DNA from: an uncultured Sandaracinaceae bacterium
GTDB lineage: Bacteria > Myxococcota_A > Polyangia > Polyangiales > Houyiibacteriaceae
Assembly: GCA_964510015.1 (NCBI GenBank)
Contig: CAZEAA010000004.1
Span: 1-52,475 of the forward strand
Reading direction: 5' to 3'
Length of the DNA stretch: 52,475 bases
Positions 18,492 through 26,361 of this stretch are shown in pieces. Under the pieces are notes generated by a model. The model did no database searches and had not been told where the DNA came from. It saw nothing but the letters and a program-made list of their open reading frames with translations. Position 1 is the stretch's first letter. Each line of letters begins with the position of its first letter. Position numbers and translations under genes: made by a program.

Positions 18492-20204
18492 ATGAGCCAC
18501 GAGCCGACGCTGCGGAGTGGTTTCCTGAGGTCGCTCGCGCGCTTCCCCGAGCGTCCTTGCCTCGCCATCGGCGACGAGACGCTGACCTACGCGGCGCTCG
18601 CGGAGCGGGCCCGGGCCATCGCCGCCACGCTGGACGCGCACACCGACGAGCCCTCCATCCGAGAGGCAGCCGCGGGCCAGCCTCCCAGCCGGCTGACGGC
18701 CGTCTTCGGTCACCGTCACCCCACCGCCTTCGCGGGCCTCCTGGGCGCGCTGCTGCACGGTCATGGCTACGTGCCGCTCAACCCCACGTTCCCGCTGCCG
18801 CGCAGCGCCGCCATGCTGGAGCGCTCGGGCTGCGCCGCGCTGGTGGTGGACGCCACGGCCAGCGCCAAGCTGCCCGAGCTGCTGGAGGGCTTTGCGCGCG
18901 CGCTCGTGGTGCTGGTGCCCGACATGATCGACGCCGCGGAGCTCACCGCGCTGCGCGCCGCGCTGCCCACGCATCGCGTGCTGGGGGCGCTCGACCTCGC
19001 GCCCGCGCGCGACCATGTGCTCGGCGACGCGGCCCCCGACGACGTGGCCTACCTGCTCTTCACCAGCGGCTCCACCGGTCAGCCCAAGGGCGTGATGGTG
19101 GCGCACCGCAACGTGAACGCGTTCATCGACGTCATGGTGGAGCGCTACGCCATCACCGAGCACGACAAGTTCAGCCAGACGTTCGACCTGACCTTCGACC
19201 TGAGCGTGTTCGACACCTTCTGCGCGTGGGAGCGCGGCGCCTGCGTGTGCGTGCCCACCGCGCAGCAGAAGCTCTTCCCCAGCAAGTACCTGAAGCAGCA
19301 CGAGCTGACGGTGTGGTTCAGCGTGCCGTCCACCGGCGTGCTCATGAGCCGCCTGCGCATGCTCAAGCCCAACAGCTACCCGAGCCTGCGCTGGACCCTG
19401 TTCTGCGGGGAGGCACTGCCGTCCGACATCGTCACGCAGTTCGCCGCGGCGGCGCCCGCGTCCGTGGTGGAGAACCTCTACGGCCCGACCGAGCTGACCA
19501 TCGCGTGCACGCTCTATCGCTGGAACGGGGAAGCGTCTTTGGCGGAGTGCGCGCACGGCGTGGTGCCCATCGGCGAGCCCTACCCCGGCATGCGGGTCAT
19601 CGTGGTGGACGAGGCGCTCCAGCCGCTGCCGCGCGGCGAAGCGGGCGAGCTCTTGCTGGCGGGTGCGCAGGTGACGCCGGGCTACTGGCAGGACCCGGAG
19701 CGCACGGCGAAGGCGTTCGTGGTGCCGCCGGGCGAGACCGAGGTGTTCTACCGCACGGGCGACCGCGTGCGCTGGCCCGAGGGTGGCCCGCTGCTGTACC
19801 TCGGACGCGTGGACAACCAGGTGAAGATCCAGGGCTACCGCGTGGAGCTCGGCGAGATCGAGGCCGTGCTGCGCGACCTCGGCCGCACCGAGGTGGCCAT
19901 CGCGATCGGCTGGCCGCTGTCCACGAGCGGCGCGGACGGCGTGGTGGGCTTCGTGCAAGCGCCCGAAGGGGCCACGGACGAAGCGCGCTTGGCATTGAGC
20001 CAACAGCTGGTGGCGGACAGCAAGTCGCGCCTGCCGAGCTACATGCAGCCGTCGCGCGTGGTGCTGGTGGACGAGTGGCCGCTCAACGCCAACGGCAAGG
20101 TGGACCGCGCTGCGCTGCGCGCGGTGGTGGACGCCGAGGCTCTGGCCACGGCACCCCAGAGGCCCGGCGCGAGCGCGAGCACGGGCACGGAAGGCGTCGC
20201 GTGA
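18492..20204 (+). CDS. Stand-alone adenylating enzyme, DltA-like carrier-protein ligase (570 aa)
   Basis: AMP-binding core motifs [58 protein letters not shown]. It has the FCGE variant (TLFCGEALP) and TVWFSVPST, which parallel DltA FMFCGEVLP and NVWTSTPSF as I recall them. No C, T or TE domain. Confidence 0.9.
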   Translation: MSHEPTLRSGFLRSLARFPERPCLAIGDETLTYAALAERARAIAATLDAHTDEPSIREAAAGQPPSRLTAVFGHRHPTAFAGLLGALLHGHGYVPLNPTFPLPRSAAMLERSGCAALVVDATASAKLPELLEGFARALVVLVPDMIDAAELTALRAALPTHRVLGALDLAPARDHVLGDAAPDDVAYLLFTSGSTGQPKGVMVAHRNVNAFIDVMVERYAITEHDKFSQTFDLTFDLSVFDTFCAWERGACVCVPTAQQKLFPSKYLKQHELTVWFSVPSTGVLMSRLRMLKPNSYPSLRWTLFCGEALPSDIVTQFAAAAPASVVENLYGPTELTIACTLYRWNGEASLAECAHGVVPIGEPYPGMRVIVVDEALQPLPRGEAGELLLAGAQVTPGYWQDPERTAKAFVVPPGETEVFYRTGDRVRWPEGGPLLYLGRVDNQVKIQGYRVELGEIEAVLRDLGRTEVAIAIGWPLSTSGADGVVGFVQAPEGATDEARLALSQQLVADSKSRLPSYMQPSRVVLVDEWPLNANGKVDRAALRAVVDAEALATAPQRPGASASTGTEGVA

Positions 20205-21055
20205 ACAAGCGCTGGGTCATCAAGAAGGCCGCGCGCGGGGCGGTCACCTTCGGGTCACTGGCCAGCGGCGCGCTCGCGCTGCGCGGGGCCCTCGCGCGGG
20301 GTCCACGGGTGCGCGGGCTGACGTACCACCGCGTGGGCGACGACGCGCCGCAGGACCCCTTCTGCGTGACGCGCAGCGCCTTCGACGCGCAGATGCGGCT
20401 GCTGGCCGAGGAGGGCCGCGCGGTGTCGCTCGAGCAGGTGCAGCGCTTCGTGGCGGGGCGCGAAGACCTGCCCGATGGGGCGTGCCTCGTGACCATCGAC
20501 GACGGCTGCCTCAGCACGCTGACCGAGGTGCTGCCCACCCTGCGCCGCTGGGGCGTGCCGGCCGTGGCGTTCGTGAGCGCGTCCATCGTGGGCGGCGACT
20601 ACGAGGGCCTGCCCGAGCGATTCCTCACGTGGGACGAGCTGCGCACGCTGGACGAGAGCCCGCTCATCACCATCGGCTCGCACGCGCACACGCACCGCTC
20701 GCTGGGGCTCATGTCGGTGGACGACGCGCGCCACGAAGCGCTGCGCTCGCGCGAGACGCTCGAACGTGAGCTCGGCCACGAGGTGCGCTGCTTCGCCTAC
20801 CCGTTCGGCACGCGCGCGGACTTCAACCCAGTCACCGAGCGGGTGCTCGCGGACGCGGGCTACCACGTGGCGTTCAACTCCATGCACGGCACCATCCAGA
20901 AGGGCATGGATCCCATCAGCCTGCCGCGCGTGAAGATCGAGGGCGGTGAGCCGCTCGCCATGTTCGCGCTGCAGAGCCGCGGCGCCCTCGACGCGTGGCG
21001 CGTGGTGGACCAGAACCTCTACCGCTTGCAGCGCGTGCGCCGGGAGATCACGTGA
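20201..21055 (+). CDS. Polysaccharide deacetylase, NodB-homology domain (284 aa)
   Basis: GTG at 20201 overlaps the upstream stop (GTGA). Motifs VTIDDG, GSHAHTH, CFAYPFG. In frame with the tail of track ORF 18557..21055. Confidence 0.85.
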   Translation: MNKRWVIKKAARGAVTFGSLASGALALRGALARGPRVRGLTYHRVGDDAPQDPFCVTRSAFDAQMRLLAEEGRAVSLEQVQRFVAGREDLPDGACLVTIDDGCLSTLTEVLPTLRRWGVPAVAFVSASIVGGDYEGLPERFLTWDELRTLDESPLITIGSHAHTHRSLGLMSVDDARHEALRSRETLERELGHEVRCFAYPFGTRADFNPVTERVLADAGYHVAFNSMHGTIQKGMDPISLPRVKIEGGEPLAMFALQSRGALDAWRVVDQNLYRLQRVRREIT

Positions 21056-22215
21056 TCTTCCTGGCCAGCGCAGCGCTGGGCGTCACGGGCACGCTCGCCA
21101 CCCTGCCGGGGACGCTCGAGCTGGGCATGCTGACCGTGGGCTCGCTGCTGGGCCAGCCACGCCGGCTCGGCGACGCGCGTGAGTGCGGGAAGCTCGCCGT
21201 GATCGTGCCGGCCCACAACGAGGCCGGCGGCATAGAGCGCTGCGTTCTGAGCTTGCTCACGTGCGCGCAGCCCCCGAGCGGCGCGCGCGTCATCGTGGTG
21301 GCCGACAACTGCAGCGACGACACGGCAGCCCGCGCGCGCGCGGCGGGTGCCGAGGTGCTGGAGCGCACCGACACCGTCCGCCGCGGCAAGGGCTTCGCGC
21401 TCGAGTACGGCTTCGAGCACGCGCTGCGCGACCCGAGCGTGGACGCCTGCCTGGTGGTGGACGCCGACACCACGGTGCAGCCCGACTTCCTGGTGGCCAT
21501 GGCCGCAGCCTTCGCGGGTGGCGCCGACGGGGTGCAGTGCCGCTACCTGGTGAGCAACGCCGACGAGCACCGCCTGCGCAACGTGGCGCTGCTGGCCTTC
21601 AACGTGGCGCGCCCCCGTGCACGTGAGCGCTTCGGGCTGTCGGTGGGCATCCTGGGCAACGGCTTCGGCCTGCATCGCCGCGTGCTCGAGGCCCTGCCCT
21701 ACACGGCGCGCTCGGTGGTGGAGGACCTCGAGTACCACGTCATGATGGTGCGCGCGGGCTTTGCCGTGCGCTTCGTGGAGCAGACCGCCGTGAGCGCCGC
21801 CGTGCCCACCACGGAGGCCGCCGAGACCACGCAGCGCGCGCGCTGGGAGGGAGGCCGCCTGCGCATGCTGCGCGAGCTGGCGCCGAGCCTGTGCGCCGAC
21901 GTGCTGCGCGGGCACGGACGCAGCGTGGAGCCGCTGGGTGAGCTGCTGCTGCTGCCGCTGGCGTCGCACGTGGGCATCCTCGCGCTGGTGCTGGTGGTGC
22001 CCTTCCCGCCCACGCAGCTGTACGCCGCGGGTGCCCTCGGCCTCGTGGGCGCGCACGTGCTGAGCAGCCTGCTGACCAGCGGCGCCACGCGCAGCGACTG
22101 GGTGGCCCTCGGCACGGCCCCCTTCTACGTGGCGCGCAAGCTCGCGCTCATGCCCGCCATCCTGCGGGCCTCGAAGACGGAACAGGAGTGGGTGCGCACC
22201 GCCCGCCCCAGCTGA
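21052..22215 (+). CDS. Processive-type family-2 glycosyltransferase with C-terminal membrane domain (387 aa)
   Basis: GTG at 21052 overlaps the upstream stop (GTGA). Motifs AVIVPAHNE, VVADNCSDDT, VVDADT, VEDLEY, QRARW (QxxRW). Hydrophobic N-terminal and C-terminal segments. Confidence 0.85.
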   Translation: MIFLASAALGVTGTLATLPGTLELGMLTVGSLLGQPRRLGDARECGKLAVIVPAHNEAGGIERCVLSLLTCAQPPSGARVIVVADNCSDDTAARARAAGAEVLERTDTVRRGKGFALEYGFEHALRDPSVDACLVVDADTTVQPDFLVAMAAAFAGGADGVQCRYLVSNADEHRLRNVALLAFNVARPRARERFGLSVGILGNGFGLHRRVLEALPYTARSVVEDLEYHVMMVRAGFAVRFVEQTAVSAAVPTTEAAETTQRARWEGGRLRMLRELAPSLCADVLRGHGRSVEPLGELLLLPLASHVGILALVLVVPFPPTQLYAAGALGLVGAHVLSSLLTSGATRSDWVALGTAPFYVARKLALMPAILRASKTEQEWVRTARPS

Positions 22216-22237
22216 GGTCTGCGGTGGAGAGAAGACC

Positions 22238-23275
22238 ATGTTGATGCGAAGCACCGAGACCCCTCCACTGCGCTCGAGCCGCCTCCCCGGCGTGCGCGTG
22301 GTGGGCTCCCTGTGCCTGCTCACCCTCGTGGCGGGCACGAGCCAGTGCAGCCGCCGCCCCGCCGACGAACCCAGCCACGAAGTCAGCAGCGATCCCGGCC
22401 GCGAAGTCAGCAGCGACGTCAGCAACGACGTCCGCAACGACGCCACCACCACCGCGCCGCGCGACACGCAGCCTCCCGGTGAGCTGCCGAACCCCCGGGC
22501 GCCGCTCACGAGCGCCAACGTCTTCTTCCTCGGGCACAGCCTGCAGGGCTGGCATGCGGCCGCGATGATCGCGAACTTCAGCGCGCACGCGGGCGTCACC
22601 TACCGCTACAAGTCCGCCATCGGCAACGGGGCCAACCTGATGTGGCAGTGGGACCACCCCACCACGGCCGAGGGGCACAACCCGCGCACCACGCTCGGCG
22701 CCGAGCCCTTCGACGTGCTGGTCATGACCGAGGCGATCCCACTCGCCACCCACGTGCAGTGGTCCGACAGCGTGGCCAACGCGGGCCGCTTCCTCGCGCT
22801 CGCGTACGCGCAGAACCCAAACGTTCAGGCCTATCTCTACGAGACCTGGCACTCGCGGAACGTGAGCGACTGGCGTGGGCAGCTCGACAGCGACCGCGCG
22901 CTCTGGATGTCCATCGTGAACGGCGTGAACGCCGCGCACCCCGGTCGCGACATGCTCCTGATCCCCGGTGGGCGGGCCATGGCCGCGCTGGTCGACCGCA
23001 TCGAGGCCGGCGGCGTGCCGGGCATCTCGAGCGTGGACGCGCTCTTCGTGGACGACATCCACCTGAGCGACACCGGCTGGTACTTCATCGCCATGGTGCA
23101 GTACGCCACCATCCTGCGGCGGTCCCCGGTGGGCCTGCCGGCCGCCACCACCAATCGCTTCGGCGTGGCCATCCCACCGCCTCCCGCCAGCGCGGTGCCC
23201 GTCATGCAAGCGATCGCGTGGCAGGTCGTGCTCGGCGATCCCTCGGCTGGTGTGGCCGCCACAGACGCGCCATGA
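22238..23275 (+). CDS. Exported SGNH/GDSL-like hydrolase or transferase candidate (345 aa)
   Basis: GGAGAGAAG lies 5 nt upstream of the ATG. N-terminal signal/anchor followed by a low-complexity linker. Block I-like FFLGHSL and block V-like DDIHLSDTGWYFIA. Paralog of 41041..42027. Confidence 0.6.
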   Translation: MLMRSTETPPLRSSRLPGVRVVGSLCLLTLVAGTSQCSRRPADEPSHEVSSDPGREVSSDVSNDVRNDATTTAPRDTQPPGELPNPRAPLTSANVFFLGHSLQGWHAAAMIANFSAHAGVTYRYKSAIGNGANLMWQWDHPTTAEGHNPRTTLGAEPFDVLVMTEAIPLATHVQWSDSVANAGRFLALAYAQNPNVQAYLYETWHSRNVSDWRGQLDSDRALWMSIVNGVNAAHPGRDMLLIPGGRAMAALVDRIEAGGVPGISSVDALFVDDIHLSDTGWYFIAMVQYATILRRSPVGLPAATTNRFGVAIPPPPASAVPVMQAIAWQVVLGDPSAGVAATDAP

Positions 23276-23285
23276 ACGCTCGCCC

Positions 23286-24488
23286 ATGACGCGCTCGGTC
23301 CCACTCGATCGCCGCTACCTGCTGGTGATGCCGATCCCCTACTACGTCGACGACTTCGGCGCGGTGTGGGTGGATCGTCTGTGGAAGCACGATCTCGAGC
23401 GGCACCTCGACTACCTGCCGCAGCTCACGCTGACGGCGCCGTGCGCAACGCTCGGCGCCGAGAAGGACATGGTCCGCTTCGACCCACCGGCGGGCATGAC
23501 GCTGATCCCGCTGCCCCACACCACGTCCATGACGAGCGCCGTGCTGGGGCTGCCCACCACCGCGCTGCGGCTCTTCCGCGCGGTGAAGGCCAACGAGATC
23601 GTCCACTCGGGCGCGGTCGGGTGGCCGTATCCCATCGGCTGGCTGGCCAACCTGTTCGCGAGCCTCCTGCGCAAGCCGCTGGTGGTGGTGGTGGAGAGCG
23701 CGCCGTGGCGCTCCACGGGGGAAGACGACTCGTGGAAGCGACGCCTCCGCAAGGTGGTCTACGAGCGGCTCGCGCGCTGGTCGTGTCGCCGCGCGACGGT
23801 GGCGTTCTTCACGCAGCCGGCCTACCGCGAGTCGCTCTTCGGTGGTCGCGGCACCGCCTACGTCACGCCGGCCACCTGGATGAACGCCGACGACATCGTC
23901 TCCGAAGCAGCCGCGCAGACCCGCTGGCAGGAGCGCGTGCGCGAGCCCGTGCGGCTGCTCTTCGCGGGCCGCCTGGACGCCGACAAGGGCGTGCGCGTGC
24001 TGCTGGACGCCGTCCGCGCGAGCGACGCCAAGGGCCAGGCCGTCGCGCTCGACATCATCGGCTCGGGCCCGCTGCGCGACGTGTGCGAGCAGGCCGCACG
24101 CGAGCTGCGCACGGCCACGATCCGAATGCTGGATCCCGTGCCCTACGGCGCTCCGTTCTTCGCGCTGGTGGACAGCTACCACGCCGTGGTGGTCCCGAGC
24201 GTGACCGACGAGCAGCCGCGCATCCTCTTCGACGCACACGCGCGCGCCGTGCCGATCATCGCCTCGGGCACGGACGGACTGCGGCCCCACGTCGTCGAAG
24301 GCGAGCGCGAATTCCTGGTGACCCCGGGCGACGTGCGCTCCCTACAGGCCGCTCTCGAGCGCGCCACGGCGCGTCCCGAAGAGCTGCGTGACAACGGCCT
24401 CGCGGGGCGGCGGAACGTGCTCGGTCTCACGCACCAAGCCATGCACGAGAATCGGTCGGACATCTTGCGGCGCCACTTCGGGGCCTAG
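23286..24488 (+). CDS. GT-B fold (family 4-like) glycosyltransferase (400 aa)
   Basis: Start at MTRSVPLDRRY. C-terminal Rossmann half: LLFAGRLDADKGV..VVVPSVTDEQPRILFDAHARAVPIIAS..VTPGD. Confidence 0.8.
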   Translation: MTRSVPLDRRYLLVMPIPYYVDDFGAVWVDRLWKHDLERHLDYLPQLTLTAPCATLGAEKDMVRFDPPAGMTLIPLPHTTSMTSAVLGLPTTALRLFRAVKANEIVHSGAVGWPYPIGWLANLFASLLRKPLVVVVESAPWRSTGEDDSWKRRLRKVVYERLARWSCRRATVAFFTQPAYRESLFGGRGTAYVTPATWMNADDIVSEAAAQTRWQERVREPVRLLFAGRLDADKGVRVLLDAVRASDAKGQAVALDIIGSGPLRDVCEQAARELRTATIRMLDPVPYGAPFFALVDSYHAVVVPSVTDEQPRILFDAHARAVPIIASGTDGLRPHVVEGEREFLVTPGDVRSLQAALERATARPEELRDNGLAGRRNVLGLTHQAMHENRSDILRRHFGA

Positions 24489-24528
24489 ATCCGAGCGCCC
24501 GGGCAATCCCTTCCATCGCAGAATCGCA

Positions 24529-24592
24529 CTTGTTCCAAGGCATTTGGCCACCCCGGCTCGAGAACCGGGGTGGCCAAACCCCTTGAAACAAG
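24529..24592. terminator. Long GC-rich hairpin between convergent genes (bidirectional terminator candidate)
   Basis: Perfect 14-bp stem TTTGGCCACCCCGG (24543-56) / CCGGGGTGGCCAAA (24565-78) with an 8-nt loop. The stem extends after a 2-nt bulge by 11 of 12 further pairs (24529-40 with 24581-92). No U-tract on either side. Confidence 0.5.
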
Positions 24593-24653
24593 CACCGTTC
24601 CAACCCGAGAGGGCCCACCAAGCCCGAGGTTCGTTACCGTCAACCCAGCGCCC

Positions 24654-26300
24654 CTACCGCTGCCGCGCGAACACCACCACCTCGCGCGGCGCGAACGGCA
24701 GCCACGCCCCCGTCGTCCGGCGAGCGATCACCCGCGCGCCCTCCGGCGCCGCATACGCGACCGCGAACGGCGCCGCCGCGCGGTCCGCCAGCGCGTTCGT
24801 CCGCGGCGCGCCCGCGAACATCTCGGCGTGCTGCTGCTGGTAGTTGTCGTACTCGAAGCCCGCCTCGATCGGCACGTCGGGCTGGCTGCGCTGGTGCGCC
24901 TCGGCGAGCGCCCACACCGCGCGCTGCCCCGCGAGGTAGTCGTGCGTGGCCGCGGCGCTGAAGAGCGCGACGAGCAGCACCCACGCGAACGCAGGGCCTA
25001 GCAGCCGACGCGAGACCACAGGGACGTCCCGGAGCAGGAGCAACCCGGGGACGAGCGGCACCATGAAGAGCGCGTAGCGGTCGAAGTGCGCCCCGTAAGC
25101 CAGGGCGAACGGCGCGAAGCCGATCACCATCAGCGCCAGCAGAAAGAGGGCGTGCACCGACCGCGGCCCGCTACGGAAGTCGCGAGCCGCTCGTCCGAGC
25201 GCGTCGCCCACCAGCGCCGCCAGGGCACCGGCGCCCAGCGAGGCGAGCACCGTGATGACGAGCAGGACCGCCGCGGGGAGCGCCGGCGGAGCACCCGGCA
25301 GCGTGCGCGGGCCCACGGCGAGCCCCAGCCAGATGTTGCCCACGTCCTCGCGCGGGAAGCGCACGCCCAGCACCAGCAGCCCTCCCGCGAACAGCACACC
25401 CATCCCGAGCGCCGCCAGCAGCACCCCCCGATGCGTGCGCGCGCGGGCAGCCAGCAGCACCAGCAGCAGCGGCAGCAGCGAGAGCCCGAGGTGCAGGAAG
25501 AGGAAGCCGGTGCGCTCGAGGGGCAGCCGCAGCACCCCCAGGTGCAGGTGCGCGAGGTCCAGCAGCGCCTCCCGCAGGCCCGCGTCGCGCGTGTCGTAGA
25601 GCGCGGGCAGCCCGAGGTGGCGGTCGATCCACGCGCGGCTCAGCGGCAGCGACGCGCCCACGATCAGCAGCGGCGGCAACACGCGCAGCAGCGTGGACCG
25701 ACGGAGGCCCCAGCGAGCCGAGCCCGCGACGGCGAACGCCAGCGGCAAGATCAAGCCGACCTGCCGCACGAGCGTGGCCAGCACCGCGAGCAGCGTGCCC
25801 ACCACCAGCGGCGTCGTGCGCCCGCTGTCGAGCGCGCGCATCAGGCAGAGCGAGCTCGCGAGCAGCAGCGTCACGAACGGCACGTCGGTCATGAAGGTGT
25901 GCGACAGCGCCACGTAGACCGGCTGCGCCAACAAGCAGCTCGCGCCGAGCAGCGCCACGGGGGCGGCGACACCGCGCTCACGAAGCAGCCGGAACGCGAG
26001 GCCGACGCCGAGCCCTCCCAGGACCAGCGTGGAGACCCGCAGCGCCGTGAAGGAGAAGCCGAAGGGCAAGCAGAAGAGCGCCCCCCACCCCAGTTGCGGC
26101 AACAGCGGCATGCTCTGCCAGAAGGTCAACCGCAGGTCGCCCTGCTCGACCCAGCTCTTCACCGGCAGCGAGTAGGCCCAGTCGTCGTTGAGCGGCAGCT
26201 CGGCCACCGGGTTCGCGATCAGCGCCACCAGCACCCACGCTACGGACAGCGAGACGCTGGCCGCGCGGTCGGACAGGGGGCGGTCGAGGAGTGCCTGCAT
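24654..26300 (-). CDS. Polytopic membrane protein, GT-C (family 39/83-like) glycosyltransferase candidate (548 aa)
   Basis: Start at MQALLDRPL. First-loop motif LNDDWAYSLP, more than 10 hydrophobic segments, and a soluble C-terminal domain. Confidence 0.6.
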   Translation of the reverse strand: MQALLDRPLSDRAASVSLSVAWVLVALIANPVAELPLNDDWAYSLPVKSWVEQGDLRLTFWQSMPLLPQLGWGALFCLPFGFSFTALRVSTLVLGGLGVGLAFRLLRERGVAAPVALLGASCLLAQPVYVALSHTFMTDVPFVTLLLASSLCLMRALDSGRTTPLVVGTLLAVLATLVRQVGLILPLAFAVAGSARWGLRRSTLLRVLPPLLIVGASLPLSRAWIDRHLGLPALYDTRDAGLREALLDLAHLHLGVLRLPLERTGFLFLHLGLSLLPLLLVLLAARARTHRGVLLAALGMGVLFAGGLLVLGVRFPREDVGNIWLGLAVGPRTLPGAPPALPAAVLLVITVLASLGAGALAALVGDALGRAARDFRSGPRSVHALFLLALMVIGFAPFALAYGAHFDRYALFMVPLVPGLLLLRDVPVVSRRLLGPAFAWVLLVALFSAAATHDYLAGQRAVWALAEAHQRSQPDVPIEAGFEYDNYQQQHAEMFAGAPRTNALADRAAAPFAVAYAAPEGARVIARRTTGAWLPFAPREVVVFARQR

Positions 26301-26361
26301 GGTGACCCGGAGGGAGCGTCTTGGGGCATGGCGCGCCCCCCGGCAAGTCACGCACGCAGGC

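Noticed and set aside
18063-20003. The upstream portion of the 1464-aa minus-strand ORF 15609..20003.
   Set aside because: It is antisense to the carrier and DltA-like genes, which have textbook adenylation motifs. The lipoprotein clearly starts at the lipobox-bearing Met at 18062.
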